DNA of 64,000 bases from an uncultured Lachnobacterium sp. (GCA_964636375.1 CAZWRT010000002.1:11528-75527); one strand, 5' to 3'; counted from the first letter of the stretch, positions 47,597 through 57,700 are shown. A program made the numbers and translations. The notes: generated from the letters alone by a model not told the origin.

Positions 47597-48493
47597 TTAC
47601 AGCTTCAGCTCATACAAAACATGATACTCCCTCTCCTCCTCCGGCGGCAGCCGCATGTAGTCCTCCCCATATAATTGCTGAAGATACTCCGCTTTCATCC
47701 GCGAGATCGTAAATTTCCTTCCCTCAAAAAGAATCGGCTCCAGCGACAGAAACGGTTTTCTGGGATAGATTTCCCCTCGAAAGTGCCGCTTTCCGGATGG
47801 TATCACCACATAATCCGTATTCTCGTCCCTGCATTTTGACAGGCACTTTTGAATTTTCTGATACCAGAATCGGTGCGCCGGCGCGAACAGCATTCCGATC
47901 ATGCCCTTAACTCTCACCAGAAGCACTGCATAGCGCGTGCCGGCCGCAAGCTCTAAATACTCTCTCCTCCATGCGTACATGCGCCAGCAGGACAGAATCA
48001 AAAGCCCCAGATCGCACTGCACACCATGGAGATAACGGTGAAATTTTCCGGAATAGGTATTCTCGATGGGAAAAATATCAATTTTCACCCCGCACTTGTC
48101 CCGCTCCTGCATCCGATGTTCCCGAAAGAGAGTTCCGTTCCTGTGTATCTGGATAAAGGAGCTCCAGTATTCCGGCGTCCTTAGAGGCGCTTCAATATAG
48201 TATTTGTCCCCATACTCCGCCTCGACAGCATCCAGCAGCCGGTCGATGCAGTTTCTCGGAACATTGATGTCGATGTCATCATCCCACGGGATAAACCCCT
48301 GATGGCGGACAGCGCCAAGCGCTGTTCCTCCGCCCAGCATATAGGGAATTCCCTCCCTCTCACAGACGGCGGCGATATCAGTTAGTATCTCCAGAGATAT
48401 CTGTTTTAACCGGGCCAGTTCCTCCTCCGTGATCCGATGCATCTTCCTTGCCAGCTCTGTCTTTAGCAGCCGGTTTGTCTCCATCCACGCCAT
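47597..48493 (-). CDS. LicD family phosphotransferase
   Basis: GGTALGAVRHQGFIPWDDDID, KIDIFP, YGEDYMRLPP; start uncertain (48484/48493/48505). Confidence 0.92.
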   Translation of the reverse strand: MAWMETNRLLKTELARKMHRITEEELARLKQISLEILTDIAAVCEREGIPYMLGGGTALGAVRHQGFIPWDDDIDINVPRNCIDRLLDAVEAEYGDKYYIEAPLRTPEYWSSFIQIHRNGTLFREHRMQERDKCGVKIDIFPIENTYSGKFHRYLHGVQCDLGLLILSCWRMYAWRREYLELAAGTRYAVLLVRVKGMIGMLFAPAHRFWYQKIQKCLSKCRDENTDYVVIPSGKRHFRGEIYPRKPFLSLEPILFEGRKFTISRMKAEYLQQLYGEDYMRLPPEEEREYHVLYELKL

Positions 48494-49328
48494 TGCCCTC
48501 ACCATTCAAACCCTTCCGTAATGCCCGCCGCTTCGCCTTTTTGCGCTTTTTCTCCCTCTTTTTTATTCTGTCAATTTCCCTGAGCTCCTCCGTGATCGCC
48601 TCGTATTCCGCTCCCACTTTATCAATCCCACCGACAGCGCGCACCGTCCCGTTTTCCAGGATCAGCGCCTTGTTGCAGATGTTGCGGACCTGACTGAGCG
48701 AGTGCGACACTAACAGCACCGTGACACCCTGGTCGAACATACTGCGAATTTTTGCCATGCTCTTCTTTTTAAATCGCGCATCACCCACAGACAACACTTC
48801 ATCCAGGATCAGAATATCGGGGTTCACCGCCGTACAGATTGCAAACCCCAGCCGTGACTTCATACCTGAGGAAAAATTCTTCAGCGGCACATCCAAAAAT
48901 TTCTCCAGTTCGGAGAACGCAACAATCTCATCAAATTTGTCATCGATAAATTCCTTGGAATAACCCAGAACCGCACCGTACAGATAGATATTTTCCCGCG
49001 CCGTATACTGCGGGTCAAACCCCGCCCCCAGCTCGAGCAGAGGGGCAATGACGCCTTTTCTTTTCACGGTTCCCTCTGTGGGCTTATACACGCCGGCAAT
49101 CACCTTGAGCAGCGTGCTCTTTCCGGCTCCGTTCAGACCCAGGATTCCGATGCGGTCCCCCCGGTAGAGGGTAAAACTGACGTCCTTAAGCGCCCAAAAC
49201 TCTTTGTACCGCAATTGCTTTTTAACTAATTTTAAAAAGAATTCCTTCAGAGAATCCACTTTTTCCTGACTGAGGTTAAATTTGACGCCCACATGTTCAA
49301 CCTTAACCGCGATCTCTCTCTCACCCAT
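48378..49328 (-). CDS. Wzt/TagH-type polysaccharide ABC exporter ATPase
   Basis: FWALKDVSF, GLNGAGKSTL, LELGAGF, FSSGM, DEVLSVGD; no recognisable C-terminal carbohydrate-binding module. Confidence 0.92.
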   Translation of the reverse strand: MGEREIAVKVEHVGVKFNLSQEKVDSLKEFFLKLVKKQLRYKEFWALKDVSFTLYRGDRIGILGLNGAGKSTLLKVIAGVYKPTEGTVKRKGVIAPLLELGAGFDPQYTARENIYLYGAVLGYSKEFIDDKFDEIVAFSELEKFLDVPLKNFSSGMKSRLGFAICTAVNPDILILDEVLSVGDARFKKKSMAKIRSMFDQGVTVLLVSHSLSQVRNICNKALILENGTVRAVGGIDKVGAEYEAITEELREIDRIKKREKKRKKAKRRALRKGLNGEGNGVDGDKPAAKDRAGKEDASDHGGGTGPVKTDISGDTN

Positions 49329-49337
49329 GGCAAACCT

Positions 49338-50108
49338 CTATATATGAAGGATAAAATCATCCTGCTTTTTCTTAAACAACACGATTCCCAGCACCAGCGA
49401 ACCAAAGCTCCACGCCACGACATATAAATAATGTTTCGGCTCCACCGAATATCCCAGCAAAGCGCCGCGGCACATCTCGATAATGTGATAGATTGGATTG
49501 TAATTTAAAATCCATGCATAACCACTCTTTAACAGGCGCTCCGGATAGTAGAAGATCGCGCTCATGTACATGATAATAAGGAGCAGGACATTCCATAAAT
49601 ATTCTACATCCCGGAAAAAAACAGCCAGCGTGCACAGGATAAGCCCCACCCCCAGCGTTAAGAGAAACAGAAGCAACAGCGCAGGGATAAACTGGACAAT
49701 ATGCCAGGTGGGAATTACCTTGCAGTAAATATCCACCGCAACCAGAGCAATCAATGAGATCAGAAAAAACACAAACGTATCGATCACACTTGCCAGCGGG
49801 TAAAGATATTTGGGAATATAAACCTTTTTAATCATTGGAGCATTGCTGCGGATGGATTTGGCGGCAGCCTTCGTCCCTGTCGTAAAACAGGAATAAATCA
49901 AACGGCCGGTTATTACATACAGCGGAAATCCCGGTTTTCTCTCAAAAACCGTTCCAAAAACGATCACCAGCACGCAGGTCGTCATAAGCGGCTCGATCAG
50001 TGACCATAATATCCCCAGATAGGACCGGCGGTATTTCAAGCGGATTCCCTTTTTTACAAGCTCTCCCAGAAGAAACTTGTAATTGAAAAATGCCTTGATA
50101 TAGTTCAT
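49338..50108 (-). CDS. Wzm/TagG-type polysaccharide ABC exporter permease
   Basis: KYRRSYLGILWSLIEP, IKKVYIP, FFRD, NP motifs. Confidence 0.92.
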   Translation of the reverse strand: MNYIKAFFNYKFLLGELVKKGIRLKYRRSYLGILWSLIEPLMTTCVLVIVFGTVFERKPGFPLYVITGRLIYSCFTTGTKAAAKSIRSNAPMIKKVYIPKYLYPLASVIDTFVFFLISLIALVAVDIYCKVIPTWHIVQFIPALLLLFLLTLGVGLILCTLAVFFRDVEYLWNVLLLIIMYMSAIFYYPERLLKSGYAWILNYNPIYHIIEMCRGALLGYSVEPKHYLYVVAWSFGSLVLGIVLFKKKQDDFILHI

Positions 50109-50129
50109 ATATGTCTCCTCAATATGCGT

Positions 50130-50879
50130 TCACATACGCTTTCTGAGCGCATGGTACACATAACCAACAAAACACCAGCAGGACTTCCACAGCGGGAACT
50201 TCAGATAATGGCGAAAAATATTCCAATTCCAGACGGCCGCCCGCCTTTTGTCTGCACTCGCCGAATCGGCGGCAAGCCGGTACTGCGCCAGCACCTCATC
50301 TAACCCGTATGCGGTTTCCCCGGCCTTTAACAGATTCAGCCACGCGGCATAGTCTTCATGCGGAATCTGCGGCATTTCAATGTCGGCAAAATATTCGCGG
50401 TCGATCAGCACCGTGAGGCACGCAATCGGATTGCCCTTCAGCAATTGCTTATACGCAACTGTTTCCGGCACATGCCGGATCTGTCCGGTCAAAGTTCCTT
50501 CCGCGTCGATCACCTCGCAGGCCGTGTGGCAGAAATGCGCACCGGTACGGCGCATAAATTCCAGCTGCCGCTCCAGCTTCTTCGGTTTCCACAAATCATC
50601 ACTGTCCAAAAAGGCGATATATTTTCCGGCCGCAAAGCCGATGGCAGTATTCCGCGCACACGCAATTCCGCCGTTTTCTGACCGGCGGAAATAGCGGATT
50701 CTTTGATCCTCCCGGGCAAATTCCTGAACAATCGCAGGAGAATCGTCCGTAGAGCAGTCATCCACAATAATCATTTCCCAATCCGGATATGTCTGAGCGA
50801 GAACTGACTGAATCGTCTGCGCAATATAACGCTTAGCATTGTACATCGGTGTGATGATTGATACCCGATTACTTTCCAT
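50130..50879 (-). CDS. Glycosyltransferase family 2 (TuaG-like)
   Basis: SIITPMYN, VDDCSTD, ARN, AFLDSDD, HEDY. Confidence 0.92.
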   Translation of the reverse strand: MESNRVSIITPMYNAKRYIAQTIQSVLAQTYPDWEMIIVDDCSTDDSPAIVQEFAREDQRIRYFRRSENGGIACARNTAIGFAAGKYIAFLDSDDLWKPKKLERQLEFMRRTGAHFCHTACEVIDAEGTLTGQIRHVPETVAYKQLLKGNPIACLTVLIDREYFADIEMPQIPHEDYAAWLNLLKAGETAYGLDEVLAQYRLAADSASADKRRAAVWNWNIFRHYLKFPLWKSCWCFVGYVYHALRKRM

Positions 50880-50886
50880 ACAGCTT

Positions 50887-52245
50887 TTATCCTTTTTTGA
50901 TCGCTGTGATCTGCTGCTCGTCCACCCCTTCCGTATTCTCCTTCACAAAGAGGATCTTGAATGTCAGAAACAGAATCTTGATATCCATCCACAGCGAATA
51001 ATTCTCGATATAGGTCAAATCCAGCTTGAGCTTGTCATAGGGCGTCGTGTTGTATTTACCGTACACCTGTGCATAACCGGTCAGTCCGGCCTTCACCTTG
51101 AGCCTCAGCACAAATTCCGGAATTTCCTCCGTATACTCCTCGGCGATCTCCGGCCGCTCCGGCCTGGGCCCCACCATAGACATCTCGCCCTTTAAAATAT
51201 TAAACAGCTGCGGGAGCTCATCGAAGTGGACCGCACGGATCAAACGCCCCACCGGAGTAATCCTCTCATCCCCCTTAGCCGCGAGCCTTGCCCCCTCTTT
51301 CTCGGAATTCACGGACATGCTGCGGAATTTATAGATCATAAAAACTCTGCCCTCCAGGGTCAGGCGTTTCTGCTTGTACAGAATCGGACCGCGGTCATAG
51401 AGCTTGATCCCGAGCGAAATGATCAGCATAAACGGAGATGCGATCATGATCCCGATCAATGCCAGCACAATATCCACCACGCGCTTGACAAAAAGCTCAA
51501 CTATGCTCAGGCCCTGATTTCTTGACAAAAGGAGCGGCGTGTCAAACAGATGGATATCATCCGCCCCCCGGAACAGGATGTCGGAAATTTTAGGAGTCAC
51601 ATATGTGCGGACCGACTCCTGATAGCAGAATTTCATGATCTGATTGCGCGCCTCAGCCGGCAGGTCACACAGCACCACAGCATTGTACTGTAAGATCATG
51701 GGATACAGTTTTTCATACCCCACCCGGTAACTCACGGAAGCGCAGATATTGTATTTGTCCTTTCGCGTATTGATCTTTGCGATCAGCTCGTCCGGCGCGT
51801 AGTGGCCGTAAATAACCAGCATCTGTCTCGGCGGATAAAGGCGCCGGTATGCGTTTCGGACAAGAATTACCCACTGCACCAGAAAACCGATATCCATAAG
51901 CGCCATAAGGATGAGCGGCTGCATAGGCAGATAATCGTTTGCAACCAGACAGATTTCCAGATAAGTGACACCTGTGGACAAAATTACAGCCAGCGTCTGG
52001 GACAGAACGATGTCCGACAGGCGCATATAGCCAATGCGATAGCCTCCGAATACCTTGGTGAAAAAAAACACAAACAGCACATACAGACCAATCACAGCCC
52101 AGTTTCCACGCCGGAAAAGCCGGTTTTCTTCGTCAAGCATCGGGATATAAACGATATACCACAACCATGCAAACAGCGCCGCCTCTACAGTCAGCGAAAT
52201 CACATTGGCCGTGAAATTCAGCAGATGCTTATATTTTTCCCTCAT
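50887..52245 (-). CDS. Initiating polyprenyl-phosphate sugar-1-phosphate transferase (WcaJ/CpsE-like)
   Basis: N-terminal TMs; KRVVD, YKFRSM, DELPQL, VGPRPE, GLTGYAQV; GTG 52266 alternative start. Confidence 0.92.
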   Translation of the reverse strand: MREKYKHLLNFTANVISLTVEAALFAWLWYIVYIPMLDEENRLFRRGNWAVIGLYVLFVFFFTKVFGGYRIGYMRLSDIVLSQTLAVILSTGVTYLEICLVANDYLPMQPLILMALMDIGFLVQWVILVRNAYRRLYPPRQMLVIYGHYAPDELIAKINTRKDKYNICASVSYRVGYEKLYPMILQYNAVVLCDLPAEARNQIMKFCYQESVRTYVTPKISDILFRGADDIHLFDTPLLLSRNQGLSIVELFVKRVVDIVLALIGIMIASPFMLIISLGIKLYDRGPILYKQKRLTLEGRVFMIYKFRSMSVNSEKEGARLAAKGDERITPVGRLIRAVHFDELPQLFNILKGEMSMVGPRPERPEIAEEYTEEIPEFVLRLKVKAGLTGYAQVYGKYNTTPYDKLKLDLTYIENYSLWMDIKILFLTFKILFVKENTEGVDEQQITAIKKG

Positions 52246-52284
52246 ACTAACATTATCCTCTGTCACGTAAAAAATATACGCGCC

Positions 52285-52548
52285 TTACTCGCCCAATCCG
52301 CTCTCGACAAATGCAGCCAGAGCCTCAAGCGCCTCGCCCTCATCCTCTCCCTCACAGACCAGGGTAATCTCGTCGCCGGACTTGATGCACGCGCCAAGAA
52401 CACTCAAAACACTCTTCGCATTTGCAATATTTCCACTGTATTCAAAAGTCACCTTGCACCTGTATTTCATAGCCTCTTTACACAAATTTCCCGCCGGGCG
52501 CAGATGAAGCCCGGTGGGATTTGTAATCTTTACAAGTTTTGATACCAC
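52285..52548 (-). CDS. ptsH: Phosphocarrier protein HPr
   Basis: GLHLRPA (His15) and NAKSVLSV (Ser46); 87 aa. Confidence 0.88.
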   Translation of the reverse strand: MVSKLVKITNPTGLHLRPAGNLCKEAMKYRCKVTFEYSGNIANAKSVLSVLGACIKSGDEITLVCEGEDEGEALEALAAFVESGLGE

Positions 52549-52560
52549 GTAAAACCCCCC

Positions 52561-53910
52561 TTATAACATCACTTTGGTAATTAACTCTGCCAGACGTCTG
52601 GCCTCCTCTTCAATCACCTGTTGATCCTTGCCCTCAATCATGACGCGGACCAGCGGCTCCGTGCCGGAGGGACGAATAAGAACTCTCCCCTCCCCCGCAA
52701 ATTTCTGCTCCAACGCCGAGATGGCATCTGCGATCTGCTCATATTCCATATAGCTCTCTTTTTTGTGATTCGGCACCTTTGCATTCACAAGAGCCTGCGG
52801 CAAAACCTCCATGACAGCGGCAAGCTCCGACAGCTTTTTGCCGGTGGCCTCCATCACCTGCAAAAGGTGAAGTGCCGAAAGAAGGCCGTCCCCGGTGGTA
52901 TTATCGTCGAGAAAAATAACATGCCCGGACTGCTCTCCGCCGAGATTGTAGCCATTCTCCAGCATATTTTCCAGGACATAGCGGTCTCCCACTTTCGTCT
53001 TTTCAATGTGAATTCCCTGTTTTTCTCCCATCAGGGAAAAACCCAGATTCGTCATAACCGTGACGACGATCGTATTCTTTTTCAGCTTCCCGGTCTGTTT
53101 GAGATAGTTTCCGCAGATGGCCATGATTTCGTCGCCGTCCACCAGCTTTCCATTCTCGTCAACCGCAAGCATGCGGTCTGCATCCCCGTCGAACGCGATT
53201 CCGATATCCGCCCGCTCCGACACCACTCTCGCCATGAGTTCGTCCATGTGCGTGCTGCCGCAGTTGGCGTTAATGTTGGTTCCGTCCGGATTCGTGTGGA
53301 TTGCAATGAGCTTCGCGCCGAGATCCTGCAGTGTCTTGACAGACGTGTAAGAGCTCGCGCCCTCCGCGCAGTCCACAACAATCTTAAATCCCGATAAATC
53401 CACAGGAACCGTCTTTTTCTCAAATGCAATGTACTCATCCACAATATCCGGACGGTATTCCACCCTCCCGATGCCCGGACCGATCGGGAACACAACATCC
53501 TCCATATTGTTGCGAATCAACGCCTCAATCTCATCCTCCAGCGTGTCGGAGAGCTTGTAGCCCTCCCCGTTGAAAAACTTGATCCCGTTAAATTCCATTG
53601 GATTGTGGGACGCAGAAATGACCACCCCCGCATCCACCTTATGTTTCTTCGTCAGATATGCAATCGCCGGAGTCGGAGCTACACCGACATAAATCGCGTT
53701 CGCCCCGACGGAGCAGATCCCCGCTATCAGCGCATTCGCGAGCATTCCTCCCGAAATTCTGGTATCGCAGCCAACAATGATTGTCGGCTGGTGTGACTGC
53801 TCTTTCGTAAGGACATATGCGCCGGCCTGCCCAAGTTTCATGGCAAGCTCTATTGTGAGCTCCGTCCCCGCAACTCCCCGCACGCCGTCCGTTCCAAACA
53901 TTCTAGCCAT
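52561..53910 (-). CDS. glmM: Phosphoglucosamine mutase
   Basis: [34 protein letters not shown]. Confidence 0.96.
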   Translation of the reverse strand: MARMFGTDGVRGVAGTELTIELAMKLGQAGAYVLTKEQSHQPTIIVGCDTRISGGMLANALIAGICSVGANAIYVGVAPTPAIAYLTKKHKVDAGVVISASHNPMEFNGIKFFNGEGYKLSDTLEDEIEALIRNNMEDVVFPIGPGIGRVEYRPDIVDEYIAFEKKTVPVDLSGFKIVVDCAEGASSYTSVKTLQDLGAKLIAIHTNPDGTNINANCGSTHMDELMARVVSERADIGIAFDGDADRMLAVDENGKLVDGDEIMAICGNYLKQTGKLKKNTIVVTVMTNLGFSLMGEKQGIHIEKTKVGDRYVLENMLENGYNLGGEQSGHVIFLDDNTTGDGLLSALHLLQVMEATGKKLSELAAVMEVLPQALVNAKVPNHKKESYMEYEQIADAISALEQKFAGEGRVLIRPSGTEPLVRVMIEGKDQQVIEEEARRLAELITKVML

Positions 53911-53911
53911 A

Positions 53912-55255
53912 TTATGGTTCCTCCAAATGATTTTCCCCCGGGATATTGCTGCCGCTATCACCCTCAGAGCCCCCGGGATCAGTACCCTCCTCCGGCTCAT
54001 CTATTCCAATCTCCGAGATCGTCACGTCCACAGTGACATCCTGGCAGGTGAACTTCTCCTCCGGAAGATTGATCGTGACCGGCAGACTGTAGTTTCCCGG
54101 CCCGCGCCCTTCTGCATCAACCACTCCCGTAATGTCATTCGCATCCAGCCCCACAAAGTCCTTTTCAAACGCACTGACCGAGATGTTCAGCGGGCTTGCA
54201 AATCTCAGCTCATATCCCTCAGGCAAACCATCCACAGTGATCTGGTCTCTCTTAATCAGATATCTCAGCGTCCGGTAGGGTTCGACGGTTACCTTCACCG
54301 ACACAATCCCGTCCGACGCGTCGAGCACGCTTATGCCCTCCGGCAATGAGTCCTGAATCTCCACGGTCGTAGTCAGGTCACCGTTTGCCCCGTCCACATT
54401 GACCGCGTCCCCCGGTACATTGATGGCTGTGACCGCATTGACCGCGGAAGCCGATCCCTTTATTTTTATCCTCTCCGGCTCCACCGCCACGCTGCGTACC
54501 CGGTATCCGACCGCCGGTGTTCCGGTCGTGGAAACGCGCACCGGAACCTCGCGTACCACAAGGATTCGCGCGGAAATCGTCACGGTGTTGTTGCTCAATG
54601 TCAGCCTTGTCGTGTCAATCTTATTGCCGTCCTTGTCGTAGAGCACCGGAATCACACTGTCAGAAAGATAGTTCGACATCCCCTCCACGTCAATCGTCGC
54701 CACCACGCTGGCAATCGTATCGACGATTGATTTCGGACCGGACACCGTGAGCACATTCGGGGCGGTTACAGACGCATCGCCAAGTACATAGCCCTCCGCC
54801 ACATTTCCGGTGGTCGCTGCACTGATCATATAACGCTCGCTCACCAAATCCTCCAGCGCAATTTTTAAAACCTTCCGATTCAGGTAACTCAGCGCACTGT
54901 TAGACCGGTTGCTCGTGATCTCGATCGGAACCGTTCCTGTCTCACCCTTCGAATCCATGAGCACCTGGTTAAAATCCGCCGTCGCCCGGAAATTACTGCT
55001 GTCAAGATTCTTTAATACACTGCGCTTTGCCGTCACTGCAAATGTCACGATATTTGTGCCGTCCAGGATCTGATAGCATTTGTTCTGCTCCGTCACCGTC
55101 GACGCATTCTCAATAATCACGTTTGTCGTGTAGGTCTGCGTTTTTTTCGGGTCATCCATATTATATACGATCAGCCACAGAATAAATGCCAGGCCAACCG
55201 CAAGAATTTTAAAAGGCAGATTTCTCGTCAATGCCTTAAGAATTTTTCTTACCAT
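53912..55255 (-). CDS. cdaR: YbbR-repeat regulator of diadenylate cyclase
   Basis: N-terminal TM, repeated YbbR-like beta domains (VTVSGP, IKIKGS); lies between cdaA and glmM. Confidence 0.88.
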   Translation of the reverse strand: MVRKILKALTRNLPFKILAVGLAFILWLIVYNMDDPKKTQTYTTNVIIENASTVTEQNKCYQILDGTNIVTFAVTAKRSVLKNLDSSNFRATADFNQVLMDSKGETGTVPIEITSNRSNSALSYLNRKVLKIALEDLVSERYMISAATTGNVAEGYVLGDASVTAPNVLTVSGPKSIVDTIASVVATIDVEGMSNYLSDSVIPVLYDKDGNKIDTTRLTLSNNTVTISARILVVREVPVRVSTTGTPAVGYRVRSVAVEPERIKIKGSASAVNAVTAINVPGDAVNVDGANGDLTTTVEIQDSLPEGISVLDASDGIVSVKVTVEPYRTLRYLIKRDQITVDGLPEGYELRFASPLNISVSAFEKDFVGLDANDITGVVDAEGRGPGNYSLPVTINLPEEKFTCQDVTVDVTISEIGIDEPEEGTDPGGSEGDSGSNIPGENHLEEP

Positions 55256-56132
55256 TCCTGAACCTCCTTTTCAACTGTCCCAGACCGCCCGTCTCGCGGT
55301 TTCGGTTCGGGCTCTGCAGGTCCACAAGTTTTTCGCGCAGGAAGTCCGCATCAACGTCCGGATACAATTTTCCCATCATGGCAACGGACACCTCTCCGGT
55401 TTCCTCCGATACAATGATGGTCAGGGAATCGCTAACCTCACTGACTCCCAGCGCCGCACGGTGTCTCGTGCCGAGCTCCTTGCTCAGAGAGAGACTGTCC
55501 GACACCGGCAGATAGCAGGTTGCCGACACGACGCGGTCCCCGCGCACGATCACTGCCCCGTCGTGCAATGGCGTGTTTTTCTCAAAAATATTGATCAGAA
55601 GCTGGCTTGTCAGGATTGCATCCACATCGATGCCCGTCCTCACAAACTCGTTTAATAGTATATCGTTTTCCATCACGATCAGAGCGCCGGTTTTGACCTT
55701 TGCCATGGCAAAGGATGCCCGGATCAGTTCATTGACCGTTTTATCCGAAAACTTACATTCCTCCGCCCGGTTGATATTGATCAGTTTCCCGAAAAAGCTT
55801 TTTCCGCCCAAATTCTCCAGGGCCCTTCGCAACTCCGGCTGAAAAATAATCACCAGCGCAACCAACCCGACACTCAGCATATTCCGCGCCAGCCAGAGTA
55901 TCGTATTCATCTGGAAAAGCGCAGCGACAAGCACAAAAAGCAGAATTACCAGAATTCCCTTGAACAGGTTCCACGCACGCGTGCTTTTCACCCACAGCAG
56001 CATGTGATATACAAGGACAGAAATAATCACGATCTCAACGATGTCCACCCAGGCCAGCGTGATATCCGGAAGGTCCAGTACCATGGAAATCTTTCTATAA
56101 AATTCACTTAACATCCCTGCAAACTTCTGCAT
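55236..56132 (-). CDS. cdaA: Diadenylate cyclase
   Basis: Three TMs; IFQPELRR, PLHDGA, GTRHRAA, VSEETG. Confidence 0.96.
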   Translation of the reverse strand: MQKFAGMLSEFYRKISMVLDLPDITLAWVDIVEIVIISVLVYHMLLWVKSTRAWNLFKGILVILLFVLVAALFQMNTILWLARNMLSVGLVALVIIFQPELRRALENLGGKSFFGKLININRAEECKFSDKTVNELIRASFAMAKVKTGALIVMENDILLNEFVRTGIDVDAILTSQLLINIFEKNTPLHDGAVIVRGDRVVSATCYLPVSDSLSLSKELGTRHRAALGVSEVSDSLTIIVSEETGEVSVAMMGKLYPDVDADFLREKLVDLQSPNRNRETGGLGQLKRRFRNGKKNS

Positions 56133-56161
56133 GAAATCCCCCTTCACATTAAAAACATTCG

Positions 56162-57223
56162 TTATTTCAGCAGATTGTCATCCTCATCTACATCCAACTC
56201 TCTCGCAATCACTTTCCGGCTGTTGAGCTCCTGCTCCTCGCTGAGCGCCGTATCCCTGTGATCAATCCGTCTGCCTATGTTGGAGGTATTTCCAAAACGC
56301 TTGACGGTAACTTCCTTTGTTGTCATTAGTTTTTTGGGCACTGCCTTCACGTAATAATAATATTCATCGTCCTCAAACTGAACGCGCTCCGCCCGGTCAT
56401 AGTCTAAATTCATGAACACAAATTCCAATCCGAACGCAATCAGCATCGAGAAGATGTTGCCTAACAAAAGCCACAGCGTTTTCCCGGAAATATTGAGCAC
56501 TGTATATCCCACAAACAGTCCGGCAATCTGGATCAGCTCCCCCGAGACAATCGCCAGCGTCCATGCGTGCTCCACATCAAGCCTGCGCACAAGATAGACG
56601 ACCGCCGCCGTCACGACAAACAGTGCGACAAAAAGAAACATCTCCTTGTTGTTTAACAGCTGGCCCACAGAAATATCAAATTTCGAGGCAAGCGCTGTCT
56701 CCGCATCCACATCGGCCGACACTGCCAAAAGCGTCGATTCGTTCTGATGAATTCCATCCAGAAAAAAATACACGATCGTCCCGCACACCACTGCGACCAC
56801 GGAATAAACCTGCCGCAACAGGCCGCATCCGATCGGCATTATGTAGGGGATGCGCAGAACAAAACAAATGGGAGTGAGTACCGCGGCAATTCCGTCTCTC
56901 GGTGCAAAACGGAAATAAACCAAAAGGATGACCGCAAAAAGTACCAACGCCGTGAGCGCAGCCTCCATCGAGAGCACGTATAAATCCAGGAGCACGACAA
57001 GCGCCGCCAGCCATATCATGGCATAATTCGGCAGAATCGCACACAACAATGCCAGAATGAGCGCGACCGGCAACGTGCTGATCCGTTGCATATAGCCGAT
57101 CCTGCTGTTAATTGTCTGAAAAAGGATCAATGCAAGCACAAATTTCACAACAGGATACAAATACGATTCATATTTCCCGTAAATACGGATTATCTGATCC
57201 CGGATTTCCAATAATTTTGTCAT
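56162..57223 (-). CDS. Hypothetical multi-pass membrane protein
   Basis: Many TMs; DY.RAERVQFEDDEYYYYVKAVPK motif; GGAGG RBS. Confidence 0.8.
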   Translation of the reverse strand: MTKLLEIRDQIIRIYGKYESYLYPVVKFVLALILFQTINSRIGYMQRISTLPVALILALLCAILPNYAMIWLAALVVLLDLYVLSMEAALTALVLFAVILLVYFRFAPRDGIAAVLTPICFVLRIPYIMPIGCGLLRQVYSVVAVVCGTIVYFFLDGIHQNESTLLAVSADVDAETALASKFDISVGQLLNNKEMFLFVALFVVTAAVVYLVRRLDVEHAWTLAIVSGELIQIAGLFVGYTVLNISGKTLWLLLGNIFSMLIAFGLEFVFMNLDYDRAERVQFEDDEYYYYVKAVPKKLMTTKEVTVKRFGNTSNIGRRIDHRDTALSEEQELNSRKVIARELDVDEDDNLLK

Positions 57224-57232
57224 AAAACCTCC

Positions 57233-57637
57233 CTAAGACCGCTGCTGATCTTCCCGGTGATACAATTTCCGTGCCTTCGTCATATGTCCCTCATATTCTT
57301 TCAGGCGCTTTCTCCCATTCGTAAAACGGACACTGTAGACAATGACCGTCACAAACAGGTAGACCGCCATAAAGCCGATATATAAGACGATCAGGCTCAC
57401 TGCCAGACTTAACACATTCAGATTATTGATCAGGACGGTCACCTGTTCAAGACAGCTCAGCACCCATAAAAGCACCAGCAGCAGGTAGGCAATTGTCCCG
57501 GAAAAAAAGCTTTTGATCAATTCTTTACTCACATAATCCCACATATAATACTGACCCATCTGCTGGTCCGTTTTGTCTTTGTGGGCATCATACACTGCCA
57601 TGTGGCACAGCTCTTTCACACGCTTTTCGTTGATCAT
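57233..57637 (-). CDS. Hypothetical two-TM membrane protein
   Basis: 134-aa ORF with RBS, directly after a predicted promoter. Confidence 0.75.
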   Translation of the reverse strand: MINEKRVKELCHMAVYDAHKDKTDQQMGQYYMWDYVSKELIKSFFSGTIAYLLLVLLWVLSCLEQVTVLINNLNVLSLAVSLIVLYIGFMAVYLFVTVIVYSVRFTNGRKRLKEYEGHMTKARKLYHREDQQRS

Positions 57638-57668
57638 ACCGTTCCCTCACAGTTAAGTCTTTGCATTT

Positions 57669-57696
57669 ATTATACCATACATGTACCATTTTTCAA
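57669..57696 (-). promoter_or_regulatory. Sigma-A promoter heading the cdaA-cdaR-glmM gene run
   Basis: TTGAAA, 16 bp, TATAAT with extended TG (TGGTATAAT). Confidence 0.65.
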
Positions 57697-57700
57697 ACAT

